A stretch of DNA of 64,000 bases from Vicinamibacteria bacterium (GTDB lineage: Bacteria; Acidobacteriota; Vicinamibacteria; Vicinamibacterales; JAENWD01). The notes beneath the pieces were generated by a model, which saw nothing but the letters and a program-made list of their open reading frames with translations, did no database searches and had not been told where the DNA came from. The translations under genes and the position numbers were made by a program. Position 1 is the stretch's first letter, and each line of letters starts with the position of its first letter. The DNA lies in contig CAWHTD010000005.1 in the NCBI GenBank assembly GCA_963832135.1, positions 41,730-105,729 on the forward strand, read 5' to 3'. This document shows, in pieces, positions 9,426 through 19,987 of the stretch.

Positions 9426-9652
9426 TTGAACCCAGGGTTCGCCAGAGTTCAGTTGAGCAGGTGATTCAAAATGGCGCATTCGCTCGGCCGAGCCCGCGGA
9501 GACGGATAAAACGCGGAGCACGCCGAGCCCGCTGAGTGCTCTTGGTACTTTGCGATCTTTGTGGCCTCTGTGTTAATTCGGCCCTGCGTGCTCGACCTGC
9601 TCTGCGTGCTCGCCTCCCTGCCCACTGCACCGGCGTTGGCGCATCATCAAGT
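9426..9652 (+). repeat. dispersed structured repeat, copy A (most diverged central hairpin)
   Basis: Shares blocks with copies B, C and D: AACCCAGG, GCATTCG, GAGACGGATAAAACGCGGAGCACGCCGAGCCCGC, GTACTTTGCGATCT, CTGCGTGCTCG (twice) and CATCATCAAGT. Lies just 3' of the minus-strand GH51 gene. Confidence 0.7.
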
Positions 9653-9686
9653 GAAGCGATTCTCCGTCTGGCGCCGCCGCATGTTG

Positions 9687-11700
9687 TCATCGTGCAACCG
9701 TGAGAGTGAGGACGGAGACGGAATGCCGTGGCAATTCGAGCGAGAAGGTGGCGCCCGCTTCGATCGACCGCCGCGTCAGCTTCACGGCATCGGGCGTCGC
9801 GAAGCCATTCGCCGCCGTCAGTGAATTGGCAACGACGCGTTCCACGACCGCACTCGGCGACACGCGAGCGCCGCGCACACGGATTCGCGCCGTCAACGGC
9901 CGCTGCATGTCGGTATTGACCGCCTTGAGAAAGATCTTGCGACCATCCGCCGATCGGCTCGCGACGATATCGACCAGCGGAACGTGCTTGCCCTCTCGAG
10001 TGCTCGAGAAGGTCGGGCCGTCGATCTTCGCGGCCAGACGTTCTGCGCCGAGATGTGTCGCGTACAGCTGGTTGACGAGATATGTCGGCGTAACGAATAG
10101 CCCGTGGCGGCTCGCCTGGATGATGCCGCCTGGCCAGCCGTTCACCAGGTCAGACACCGCGCTCATCGCGACGACGTCGCTTCGCCGCTCGAAGACATTC
10201 ATCAGCCGCGCCGCGTAGAGCGCTCCAAGCATCGAGTGCTGCTGCGATTCCGGGAGGTCGAGGCCCCACTCGTTGATTGCCAGGCTCGGCCGGCCGATCG
10301 GGCGCCAGCCTGCGCAACGCCGCGTCGATCTCGCCGTATAAGCGATCGTAGTACAGCGGGCGCGCCATGAGGTTCCCGAGGTCCCCGTCCATGTCGCGAT
10401 GGCTGTAGTAATGGTGAATTGCCAGATAGTCGAGGCGTTCGCGAGCGACCCGCAGCACCGTGTCGTTCCATGCCATGTCGTTGTCGCCGACGGCGATCAG
10501 TTGAATCGACGGATCGACGGCACGCATCGCGGCGGCGTAGCGGGTGAAATTGCGGGCGTACGTCTCGGCATCGGAATGGCCGCGCACCCAGTCGCCCCAG
10601 ATTTCGTTGCCGACCTCCCAGTACTTGACGCGGTACGGCTCGGGATGCCCGTTGCGCGCGCGCCTCGCGCCGTTGGTGGATGTCGCCGGGCCATTGCAAT
10701 ACTCGACCCATGCGGCGGCCTCGTCGACCGTCGCCCCGCGCCCCTCCACGTTGACGGTAATCGACGGCTCCGCTCCGACGTTGCGGGCAAATTGAACGAA
10801 CTCGTCGGTGCCGAAATCGCTGGGCTCTGGCTCGTTCCTCCACGACAGATTGATCCACGTCGGGCGCTCGTCGCGTGGGCCGACGCCCCATTGCCAGTGA
10901 TAGTCCTGTGCGACATTACCGCCTGGCCAGCGGATGAACGACGGCCGAAGCGCCCGCACTTTCTGCGATGACATCCGCGCGAACCCCGTCCGGTGCATCG
11001 CCGGGCATGAGCGACACCTGATCCACCCATAGCTTGCCCGACCCACTGAAGAGGATCGCGAAGCGTGCGAGCGGATCACTCGACGATGGCCTCAGCGTGA
11101 ACGCGTATTGCTTCCAGCCGCCGGCGACGCTCGTCAGGCGCGCCTCGGTCGTGGACGCGTCCCCCCGGTCATGTCGGCTTCGAGGGCGACGCTCACCTCG
11201 CCGGTGAACGAGTCGCTCTTGATCCACACGTAGCCGCGATAATCGAGCCCCTGCCTGACTGGCACGCCTGGCTGGTAAACACCGTGACGCGCGATGATCC
11301 CAGGCTTCAGCTCGACGCGGAGCGAGCGCCCCTTGCTCGTCCCTTCCACGACCGGCGTCTCCGGATACGACGCGCCGTCATCCCAGCCGAAGGAGATCGC
11401 GTAGTCGTCGATTCGGTCGTCGGGATAGCGTTCCCAGTACCGCGAGAGGCCAATCGCGTTCGGCGACTCCTCGAAGCTGCGGTTGCGGATCAATTCGGCG
11501 TGGAGGCCCCCTTTGATCCCCTCGAACATGAACTCGATGAACTGGCCATAGAGGAGCGGGCTGATGCGGCTCTCGACGGTGCCTGCATCGATGTCGATAT
11601 TGACCGTCGGCGGTCGCGGTGCCGGTCCTTGAGGAGCAGCGCCGGCAGCGAACAGCGCAATGAAGATCAGCACCGGCAGCGCGGGAGTGAATGCAGACAT
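9687..11700 (-). pseudogene. GH51 alpha-L-arabinofuranosidase (copy 1), reading frame broken at least 3 times, or uncorrected indels
   Basis: Signal peptide and N-terminal domain are in ORF 11134-11700. The CBM-like piece is in 10916-11227. The catalytic core (FIRWPGGNVAQDYHW ... YWEVGNEIWGDW) is in 10150-11079. The C-terminal beta-sandwich is in 9687-10232 and its in-frame upstream extension (AINEWGLDL). Confidence 0.8.
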
Positions 11701-13451
11701 CAGAGCCTCGTGAACTTCTGTTTCCGAAGGATTCCTGCTCCCTCGCGAACCACCACGAGTTGGTCCGCCTCGACCTTCCCGACGGTCTCCGTGGTTCCGT
11801 TGGGCCAGCGGACGATCAGGTCGGCAGCCGTTGCGGCGCCGAGCCCGAAGTGCAGGCGGCGGTCGTTCGTGGAGTAGAAGCTCGATTGCGCGGTCACTTC
11901 CTGGGCTTGAGTACGTCCGCCGTATCGGATCGTCGCGCGGGCGCCAATCGCACTGCGGTTCGACGTGACACCGACGAGAAGCACTTTCAGCCAGTGGCCG
12001 TTGCCTGAGACGTCGTTGCGCAGCAGCGACGGCGGCTCGTTCATGTTGATCACAACGACGTCCAGGTCTCCGTCGTTGTCGAAATCGCCGAAGGCACAGC
12101 CGCGGCTGGCGTGTGTCGCCGCAACTCCCGCGCCCGCTTCGTCAATCAGCTCCTCGAACCGGCCGTCACCCAGGTTGCGGAAGACCAGCCGCGGCGTGCG
12201 AAAGGGATAAGCGGGAAGCCGTCGCTCCACCTCGGGATAGACGCTCCCGGTGACGAGAAAGAGGTCCGGGTAGCCATCGTTGTCGAGATCGACCATCCCC
12301 GCGCCCCACCCGACGTATCTGGTCTCCACGCCAATCCCCGCGCGGATGGTCACATCGTCGAAGTTCCCCTTGCCGTCGTTGCGATACAGCACATTCGTAT
12401 CGTCGGCGAAATGCGTCTTGAAGATGTCGAGGTTGCCGTCGAGATCGTAGTCGCCGATGCCGACGCCCATACCCGCCTGTTCCAGCCCGTCTTCGCTCAG
12501 CGCCACGCCGCGCTCGAGCGCTTCTTCGCGAAATGTCCCATCGTGCTGGTTCCGGAACAGCCAGCTCGGAGTGGAATCGCACGCAATGTAGATGTCCGGC
12601 CAGCCATCGTTGTCGTAGTCCGCGGCCACGGCGGTCATCGGATAGGAGCCGGATGCCGCCGCGATGCCGGATTGCCGGCTGACGTCGGCAAACGTCCCAT
12701 CGCCATTGTTCCGGAACAACTGCACGAACCCGCTCGGGAGACCGCGTGGACCGCAGTTCACGGGTATCCCCTTCCAGGTGCAATCCGCGTTCTCACCCGG
12801 CTTGGGCAGTTTCTCGAGCGTCGTGTTCAGGTAGTTGGCAACACACAGATCCAGGTGCCCATCGCGGTCATAGTCGACCCAGGTGCAGCCGGACCCGTAT
12901 CGCTCCGTGTCCTGTCGGAGACCGGCCTTCTCGGTGACGTCGGTGAACGTGCCATCACCATTGTTGTGATAGAGGACGTTGTGACCATAGCTGGTGATGA
13001 ACAAATCGTCGAAGCCGTCGTTGTCGTAGTCGCCAACCGTTACCGCGGAGGCCCAGCCGGTACGGACCAGGCCGGCCTTCTCGGTGAGATCCGTGAACGT
13101 GCCGTCGCGGTTGTTCTTGTACAGTCGATTGGTCGCACCGGCCGGCGGACCGTCCAGGCGAGTTCCGCTCAGAACGAACAGATCCATCCAGCCATCGTTG
13201 TCGTAGTCGAAAAACGCCACACCGCACCCGACGACCTCGATGATGTAGCTCTTCGTCTGGATGCCGCCGTAGATGGTCGGCTCGATCAGGCCCGCCTCTT
13301 TGGCGACATCCGTGAAGCGCGACGGAAAAGGACGGCCCGACGGTTTTCCGCGTGGCAGTGGCTTGACGCCTCGGGACGAGATGCCCTGAGCGAAGGCAGG
13401 ACCGGCCGAGCTCGCCGCGAGCAGGGCGAGCAATTCGCGGCGCGTAATCAT
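11700..13451 (-). CDS. ASPIC/UnbV (CRTAC1-like) FG-GAP repeat protein 1
   Basis: Tat-like signal peptide (MITRRELLALLAASSAGPAFAQG). Many FG-GAP/VCBS repeats (DYDNDGWxD, NNGDGTFTD). C-terminal UnbV/ASPIC motif (NRSAIGARATIRYGGRTQAQEV ... SSFYSTNDRRLHFGLG). Its start overlaps the upstream stop as ATGA. Confidence 0.85.
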   Translation of the reverse strand: MITRRELLALLAASSAGPAFAQGISSRGVKPLPRGKPSGRPFPSRFTDVAKEAGLIEPTIYGGIQTKSYIIEVVGCGVAFFDYDNDGWMDLFVLSGTRLDGPPAGATNRLYKNNRDGTFTDLTEKAGLVRTGWASAVTVGDYDNDGFDDLFITSYGHNVLYHNNGDGTFTDVTEKAGLRQDTERYGSGCTWVDYDRDGHLDLCVANYLNTTLEKLPKPGENADCTWKGIPVNCGPRGLPSGFVQLFRNNGDGTFADVSRQSGIAAASGSYPMTAVAADYDNDGWPDIYIACDSTPSWLFRNQHDGTFREEALERGVALSEDGLEQAGMGVGIGDYDLDGNLDIFKTHFADDTNVLYRNDGKGNFDDVTIRAGIGVETRYVGWGAGMVDLDNDGYPDLFLVTGSVYPEVERRLPAYPFRTPRLVFRNLGDGRFEELIDEAGAGVAATHASRGCAFGDFDNDGDLDVVVINMNEPPSLLRNDVSGNGHWLKVLLVGVTSNRSAIGARATIRYGGRTQAQEVTAQSSFYSTNDRRLHFGLGAATAADLIVRWPNGTTETVGKVEADQLVVVREGAGILRKQKFTRL

Positions 13452-15156
13452 TGCGTGGGCTCGGTCGCCACAAGCATCTGTCCTGCCTTGGCGTTCTCGA
13501 ATTTCTGGACCGCTCCGGAAGGCCACCGGATCTCGACCAGTGTCGCGGTGGAATCCCGGCCCAGACCCACGATCAACCGCTTGTCACTGGCCGACAGGTA
13601 ACCCACCGCGGTATTGACAGTGAAGTACTGGCTCAGCCCCGAGGTGGAGACGACCTTCACGAGGCAGCCTATGCCGTCTCGATTGGATTTCCTGCCGACC
13701 ATCTGCAGCCCAAGCCAGTTCTTCCGATTTCCCCCATCATTGCGGAGGACGACGGCCTTCTGCCCGACGCTGGTCATCACCACGTCGGTGTCGCCATCAT
13801 TGTCGATGTCACCGAAGGCTGCCCCGCGCCCGGCCCAGTCCGTTTGAAAAACGGCTCCCGGGACCACCCTGACGAACCGCGCAGATTCATTTCGCAGCAG
13901 AAGCGGCGGTTGAAGGTATCGCAGATTGGGCGACGTCTTCTCGATGGTGTCCATCACGTGTCCCTGCGCGACGAAGATGTCTTTCCATCCATCGTTGTCG
14001 TAATCGACGAAGCGCGTGCTCCAACCGGAAAAAGGGAGCGTGGCGCCGCCGACGCCAGACACGCCGGTCGCATCTCGAAAGCTGCCGTCGCCGTTGTGCC
14101 GAAAGAGCTTATATCGCTCGTTCGAAAGGTCGGTGACGAAGACGTCTGGATGACCATCGTTGTCGTAGTCGCTGAAGTCCACGCCCATCCCTGCAAAGGT
14201 CTTTCCGTCCTCATTGAATCCGACGCCGGCCAGCAAGCCGACCTCGGTGAACGCACCAGAGCCGGTGTTCTGATACAGAAACGACTGCACGGAGTCGTTC
14301 GCGACGTACACATCGATGAACCCATCGTCATCGTAATCAGCGAAAGAGACGCCAAGCCCTTTGCCGCTTGCGGTCAGGCCCGCCTTGGAGGAGACGTCCG
14401 TGAACGTGCCGTCGCGGTTGTTGTGATACAGCACGTTGGTGATCGCCTCGAAGTTGTCGGGGTGACAGTACGCGCGGTAACCGGGCCTTTTTTCTCCGCA
14501 GTAGCGATTGTTCTGAAAGCTCCAGTCCACGTAGCGAGTGACGAAGAGGTCGAGCGCGCCATCGTTGTCGTAGTCGAAGAATCCGGCGCTCGTGCTCCAT
14601 CCGCCAGCGGCAACGTCCGCGCGCTTCGTGACGTCGGCGAACGTGCCGTCTCCATTGTTGTGATAGAGCGTGTTGCCACCGTAGTTGGTGACGTAGATGT
14701 CCTCAAAGCCATCGTTGTCGTAATCGCCAACCGCGACGCCCATCCCGTAGCGGTTCTGCGGCATGCCCGTGACGCCGGCCTTCTCGGTCACGTCCGTAAA
14801 CGTGCCGTCTGCATTCTGGTGATAGAGCCTGTTCCAGAACGTCGGGCCCGACTTGTCGGGCAGCCTGCCGGGCGGCATCGGGTCGTCAATCTTCGCTCCG
14901 TTCGTGAAGAACGCATCCAGGCGGCCGTCGCCGTCGTAGTCGACAGCGCCACGCCGCCACCCATGGTCTCAACGAGGTACTTGTTCGACGTCGCGGAGTT
15001 TCCGTGTGTGAAGGCGATCCCCGCCGCCTGGGTGATGTCGGTGAACTGTACGTCCGGAGCGGCAGTAGCCCCCAGGAGCAGGACAAGCACGCCGAACGGT
15101 AAGGTACAAAGGGCCGTGCGAGCCCCGCTATCTCTGCGAGCCAGGGGTTGTATCAC
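13448..15156 (-). pseudogene. ASPIC/UnbV FG-GAP repeat protein 2, single frameshift near 14940, or an indel error
   Basis: The N-terminal 122-aa ORF (signal peptide, then ITQAAGIAFTHGNS...ETMGGGVAL) continues in another frame as DYDGDGRLDAFFTNGAKIDDPMPPG, which is the in-frame upstream extension of ORF 13448-14878. Confidence 0.8.
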
Positions 15157-15162
15157 GCGCGG

Positions 15163-16980
15163 CTACTCGAATCTCCGGCTGCTGACGATCCCCTTCGACT
15201 CGTGGATCACGAAGAGGTGATTGGCAACGAGATCCGGGAAGGTCTCCTTGACACCGGACGGCCAGGCGAGCTCGACGAGATCGACCTTCGTGGCGCGGCC
15301 CAGTCCAAAGTGAAGTCGAAAATCGCTTTGCGAATAGTAGCTCGAACCGCTCATCACCTCGTCGATCTGGCTGCGTCCACCGCTCGTGACCTTCACGCGG
15401 GTCCCGATGCCCGACCGGTTCGAGCGGGTGCCCACGCACTTGATCATGATCCAGTTGTTCCTGTTCCCGCCATCGTTGCGCAAGAGCGACGGGGGCCCGT
15501 CGAGGTTGTTGACGATCACATCGACATCGCCGTCGTTGTCGAAATCCCCGAAGGCGCAGCCGCGACCGAGGTTCTCTGCGCCGATTGCCGTCCCCGCCCT
15601 CGCGGATACGTCTTCGAACCGGCCGTCGCCCCGATTTCGGTAAAGGACCTTTGGCTGCCTGTACTTGATGTGCAGATGCCGGTTCGCGATCTGCGAATAG
15701 ACGTGGCCATTCGCGATAAAGATGTCTTTCCAGCCATCGTTGTCGAAGTCGAAGAATCCCACGCCAAAGCCAAGATACTTGCGATTCGCTCCCAGTCCCG
15801 ACTTGACGCTGGCATCGGAGAAGGCGCCGCCGCCATAGTTGCGGTAGAGCGAGGTCACCTGCTCGGAGAAATTCGTGCGAACGAGATCCAGCCACCCGTC
15901 AGCGTCGAAATCCCCGACGCCGACGCCCATTCCAGCCAGCGCCGCGCCACTCTCGTCGAGCGCGCAGCCGGCCGGGACCGCGATCTCACGGAACGTCCCA
16001 TCGTGATTGTTGCGATAGAGCAGGCTCGGCGCAGTGTCGCACGCGACGTAGATGTCCGGCCATCCGTCGTTGTCGAAGTCCGCCGCCGCAGCGCCCATCC
16101 CGTAAGACCCCGTCGGCTGCCAGTTGCTGGGGACGAACACCATCGAGGCAGGCCCGCGCGGACGGGCGATCCCCGAGGCTTCCGAGACGTCGGCGAATGT
16201 GCCGTCCCCGCGATTCCGATAGAGGACATTCGTGCCGCCGGCGAATCCCTGCGGCCCACAGGGGACCGGAATCTCGTTGTAGCTGCAGTAACCTGACTGA
16301 CCGGGCCTGGGCGCTTTCGCCACGTCGAAATTCACATAGTTGGCGACGAACAGATCCAGATAACCGTCACGATCGTAGTCCAGGAAGGAGCAGCCAGCTC
16401 CCCACCGGTTTCCCGATCCTGCGACCCCTGCTTTCTCCGAGACGTCCGTAAAGGTGCCATCGCCGTTGTTGTGATAGAGGACGTTGTGGCCCCAGTAGGT
16501 CACGAAGAGATCGTCGAAGCCATCGTTGTCGTAATCGCCGACGCAGCACGCCTGCCCCCAGCCGGAATGGGACAAGCCGGCCTTTGACGTGACATCGGTG
16601 AACGTGCCGTCACGGTTGTTGCGAAAGAGATAGCCGGCAGGGTGACTGTCCCGCACTTTCGGGTCGAAGCTCGTTCCGTTCACCAGGAAGATGTCGAGCC
16701 AGCCGTCGTGGTCGTAGTCGAACAACGCCACGCCGCAGCCCATTTCCTCGAGCAGGAATTGTTTGTTATCCGGGCTGCCCGAAACGTTCAGCGCTCGCGA
16801 GAGACCGGCCGCGGCAGTGACGTCGGTGAATACGGCCGCCGGCCCTTCGTCCGACGCCTTGGACGATTGTGTCGCGACGAGGCGGGGGGCCAACAACGCC
16901 TGGCCCGACGCGGCGCCAGCCCAACCCAGGAGTCTCCGGAAAAACGCGCGACGCGACGGGCCGCTGCCGCCGCTATTCAC
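15163..16980 (-). CDS. ASPIC/UnbV FG-GAP repeat protein 3
   Basis: Tat-like motif (SRRAFFRRLLGWAGAASG), FG-GAP repeats, C-terminal UnbV motif (NRSGIGTRVKVTSGGRSQIDEV ... SSYYSQSDFRLHFGLG). Start is either the GTG at 16980 (8-nt overlap with the TPR stop) or 17061. Confidence 0.85.
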   Translation of the reverse strand: MNSGGSGPSRRAFFRRLLGWAGAASGQALLAPRLVATQSSKASDEGPAAVFTDVTAAAGLSRALNVSGSPDNKQFLLEEMGCGVALFDYDHDGWLDIFLVNGTSFDPKVRDSHPAGYLFRNNRDGTFTDVTSKAGLSHSGWGQACCVGDYDNDGFDDLFVTYWGHNVLYHNNGDGTFTDVSEKAGVAGSGNRWGAGCSFLDYDRDGYLDLFVANYVNFDVAKAPRPGQSGYCSYNEIPVPCGPQGFAGGTNVLYRNRGDGTFADVSEASGIARPRGPASMVFVPSNWQPTGSYGMGAAAADFDNDGWPDIYVACDTAPSLLYRNNHDGTFREIAVPAGCALDESGAALAGMGVGVGDFDADGWLDLVRTNFSEQVTSLYRNYGGGAFSDASVKSGLGANRKYLGFGVGFFDFDNDGWKDIFIANGHVYSQIANRHLHIKYRQPKVLYRNRGDGRFEDVSARAGTAIGAENLGRGCAFGDFDNDGDVDVIVNNLDGPPSLLRNDGGNRNNWIMIKCVGTRSNRSGIGTRVKVTSGGRSQIDEVMSGSSYYSQSDFRLHFGLGRATKVDLVELAWPSGVKETFPDLVANHLFVIHESKGIVSSRRFE

Positions 16981-19900
16981 GCTTCTCGTCCGGCGTTGGT
17001 GTGGCGGCGACGGTCGCGGCGGTCCGCCGCTTCTTGTCCAGTTCGCTGGTCTCGCGGTCAAGGCGCTTGAACATTTCCAGCGCCTTTTTGCTCTCGTCCG
17101 TCCAGCCCAGACGCCTGTAGACGCCCGCCAGCACGTAGTAGTACGACGATGCGCGCGGATTCAAAGCGATTGCCCGATTCAACGCATCGACCGCGTCGTC
17201 CAGCCGCCCCTGGCGCTCGTCCGCCCTCGCCTTTTGAAACAAGGCTCGGTCCGACTTGGGATCGAGCGCCAGCGCTTTGCTCGCGTAGTCAAGCGCCTTC
17301 TCGGGGTTTCCCGTCCGGTTGTAGTACGCGCTGAGGTTCACGTGGGCGGAAGCGAAGCTGCCATGTCGCGCCTCGTTCAGCGCAATCGCCTTCTCATAGT
17401 TGGCCACCGCTCCGGCATCGTCGCTCAATGCTTCCATCGCCAACCCCAGAGCATCCAGCGCCTCGATGTACGAGGGATCGATCCGAAGGGCCGCTTCGAA
17501 TGCCTTGCGCGCGGGCTCCCAGTTGTCCTGGATCGAGAGCAGCTTGCCAAGGTTGTAGTGAATCTCGGCAGAGTCTGGCTTGTAGCGGATGCCTTGTTCG
17601 AACTCGACCTGCGCGGCGTCGAATCTTCCGATGATCATCAGGCTGCGGCCAAGGATCTTGTGAGCCTCCGCGTTGCGGATATCGAGCTCGAGAGACTTTG
17701 CCAGCGCCTGGATGGAGTCGCCGATCTTCTGCTGGGCGAACTGGCTGTAGCCAAGCGCGTACCACGCCCACGACGACGTGGGCCGCTCCTTCACGTACGC
17801 GGCAAGCATCGGCTCGAGCTCTTTGAACTTGCCCTCTCGAATATAGCCTTCGAATTCCGCCACTCGAGCGGGGTCGTCCACTGGGTCGACTGCGGCGGTG
17901 GGTGCACGTGTCGCGTCTTCGAGATAGCGCTTGGCTTCAACGGAATCGGGCTGGAGCTGGAGGACACGGCGGAACTTTTCGGCCGCCTGCTCACGATCGC
18001 CTCTCTCGAGCGCGGCGCGGCCTTCGGCGAGGTTCAGTGTGGCATTCTGATTGCGGTCGTTGGCGGCCACGAGCTCGCGGCCCTTCTGGAGCTCGGACGC
18101 GGCTTCCTCCTTGCGTCCGGCCCGCGCGAGGGCCAGGCCAAGCTGATAGTGGGCTTCTCCATTCTGCGGCTCGAGCCGCGCGGCTTCCTGGAGTGCCTCG
18201 ACCGCTTCAGGCGCCTTGGACTCCTGAAGAAGCGCCTTGCCAAGTGCCAGGTGCGCGCGCGCGAACGTCGGAGCAAGCGCGATGACCTTCCGTAACTGCT
18301 CGATTTCTTTTGTTGGTGGCGCGCCGGGTCGGGCGCCGTAGGCCAGTGCCAGGTTGTACTGCGCCTTGACCGAGGTGGGCGCCAACGCAACGGATTTTTC
18401 GAGCTCCCGAATCGCGGCCTCGGCGTCGGTTGGCGTGAGCGCCGCGCCCAGATTGGCATGCGCATCTGCGTAATCCGGGGCAACGCGGACCGCCTCGCGC
18501 AACGCCGCGACGCCGCCGTTGTCGTCGCCTGCCTGGATCAGCACCAGACCGAGATTGTTGTGGGCCTCGGCGAAATCAGGTTGAAGCCGAATGGCTTCGC
18601 GAAATTGCGCGGCTACGTCATCGCTGGGCTCGCCCTTCCGGCCGAGCAAGAGCCCCAATACGTTGTGCGCCTCCGCCCCCGCAGCCTTGGTGGTCAGCAG
18701 GGGACGAAGGCCGGCGATGGCGCCATCCCAATCGGGCATGGGCATCGACGGTGATGGCGCATTCAGACCGGCCTCGAATTGTCCCAACGCGTTCTCGAGC
18801 TTGTCGGCGCGCAGAAAGACGATTCCCAGGTCGACATAGACGGCAGCCGTTGGCGGCAGGAGCGCGATTGCACGCTGAAGGCTTGCTCGCGCGGCTGCCA
18901 GGTCTCCCTGGTCGCGCAGGGCCGTGCCGAGAAAGGCATGGCTGGTACCCGCCGCGGGGTCCAGCTTCACGCTCTCCCGCAGTTCGCTCAAGGCTCTCGC
19001 TTTCGAGCCGCTGTACCACAGGGCGACTCCGAGGTTGTAGTGGGCCTCTGCAGACTCTGGCCGGAGCGCGATCGCGCGCTCGAGGTGCGAGAGCGCGGAC
19101 GGCAGATCGCCCTGCTGTCCCAGAATGAAGCCCAACATGTTGTGCGCGTCGGCGTGTTGTTCGTCAACGCGCAGCGCCTCGGTCAATTGCTGGCGGACCG
19201 CGTTCAGGTCGCCACGTTCGGCCGCTTCCTGCGCCTTCTTGAACGACTCGTCGGCCGGGCTGCTGACTGGCGGCCGCGGGGTTCGCGCGAGCGCGCTCTG
19301 CTGCTTCAGCGCCATGCCGAGCGCGTAGTAGCCCTCGCGTAGCTCCGGCTCCATTTCGATCGCCTGCTCGAACGCTGCGATCGCGGCGGCGAGGTCACCG
19401 CTTTGCCGCAGTGTCTGCCCGAGCTCGTATTGCACTTTCGCGTTGTTGGGATCGGCGGCGGCGACGCGCCGCAAGTGCGTCAGCGCCTCTTCGTGATCAC
19501 CCTTCTCCCGAAGTGCGATCCCCAGGTTCAAATGGGCGCCGAGGCTGTTCGGTTCGAGCGCCAGTGCCTCCCTGAACACCTCCACGGCTTCGCCGAAGTC
19601 GCCGCTCTGTGCCAGCGCAGAGCCGAGATTGGTGTAGGCCCTTCCATATTTCGGATCGAGGGCGACGGCCTTCCTGAACGCGGCGATGGCGCCGGGAAGA
19701 TCGGATTTCTCCGAAAGTGCGACGCCGAGCCAGTTGTGCGCCTCCGCGGATCGCGGCCCAACCTTCACCGCGCGCTGGAACGCCTGAAGCGCGCGCGGGT
19801 AATCATTGCGATCCCAATAGGCGAGCCCGAGTGCGACATGACGTTTGGGATTGCCGGGATCGCGCTTGATCGCCGCTTGAAGCTCGGTCACGGAGACAGG

Positions 19901-19987
19901 AGGTTTCCCCGCCGTCTGCGCCCCGGCCGTGACGACAGAACCGAGAACCAAAAGCACGAGGGCCGCCAGAGTCCCGTAGCCCTTCAT
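16973..19987 (-). CDS. large secreted TPR repeat protein (1004 aa)
   Basis: Signal peptide (MKGYGTLAALVLLVLGSVVTAGAQ), followed by more than 20 consecutive TPR units (repeated AHxNLGxAL / AIxxxxxAlxLxP pattern). Confidence 0.85.
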   Translation of the reverse strand: MKGYGTLAALVLLVLGSVVTAGAQTAGKPPVSVTELQAAIKRDPGNPKRHVALGLAYWDRNDYPRALQAFQRAVKVGPRSAEAHNWLGVALSEKSDLPGAIAAFRKAVALDPKYGRAYTNLGSALAQSGDFGEAVEVFREALALEPNSLGAHLNLGIALREKGDHEEALTHLRRVAAADPNNAKVQYELGQTLRQSGDLAAAIAAFEQAIEMEPELREGYYALGMALKQQSALARTPRPPVSSPADESFKKAQEAAERGDLNAVRQQLTEALRVDEQHADAHNMLGFILGQQGDLPSALSHLERAIALRPESAEAHYNLGVALWYSGSKARALSELRESVKLDPAAGTSHAFLGTALRDQGDLAAARASLQRAIALLPPTAAVYVDLGIVFLRADKLENALGQFEAGLNAPSPSMPMPDWDGAIAGLRPLLTTKAAGAEAHNVLGLLLGRKGEPSDDVAAQFREAIRLQPDFAEAHNNLGLVLIQAGDDNGGVAALREAVRVAPDYADAHANLGAALTPTDAEAAIRELEKSVALAPTSVKAQYNLALAYGARPGAPPTKEIEQLRKVIALAPTFARAHLALGKALLQESKAPEAVEALQEAARLEPQNGEAHYQLGLALARAGRKEEAASELQKGRELVAANDRNQNATLNLAEGRAALERGDREQAAEKFRRVLQLQPDSVEAKRYLEDATRAPTAAVDPVDDPARVAEFEGYIREGKFKELEPMLAAYVKERPTSSWAWYALGYSQFAQQKIGDSIQALAKSLELDIRNAEAHKILGRSLMIIGRFDAAQVEFEQGIRYKPDSAEIHYNLGKLLSIQDNWEPARKAFEAALRIDPSYIEALDALGLAMEALSDDAGAVANYEKAIALNEARHGSFASAHVNLSAYYNRTGNPEKALDYASKALALDPKSDRALFQKARADERQGRLDDAVDALNRAIALNPRASSYYYVLAGVYRRLGWTDESKKALEMFKRLDRETSELDKKRRTAATVAATPTPDEKRE

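Noticed and set aside
9466-9690. Short ORFs spanning the dispersed repeats (9466-9690, 30541-30813, 32077-32286, 61763-61963).
   Set aside because: The reading frame and strand are not conserved between copies. The products are low-complexity Arg/Ser/Ala peptides, so the similarity is at the DNA level.
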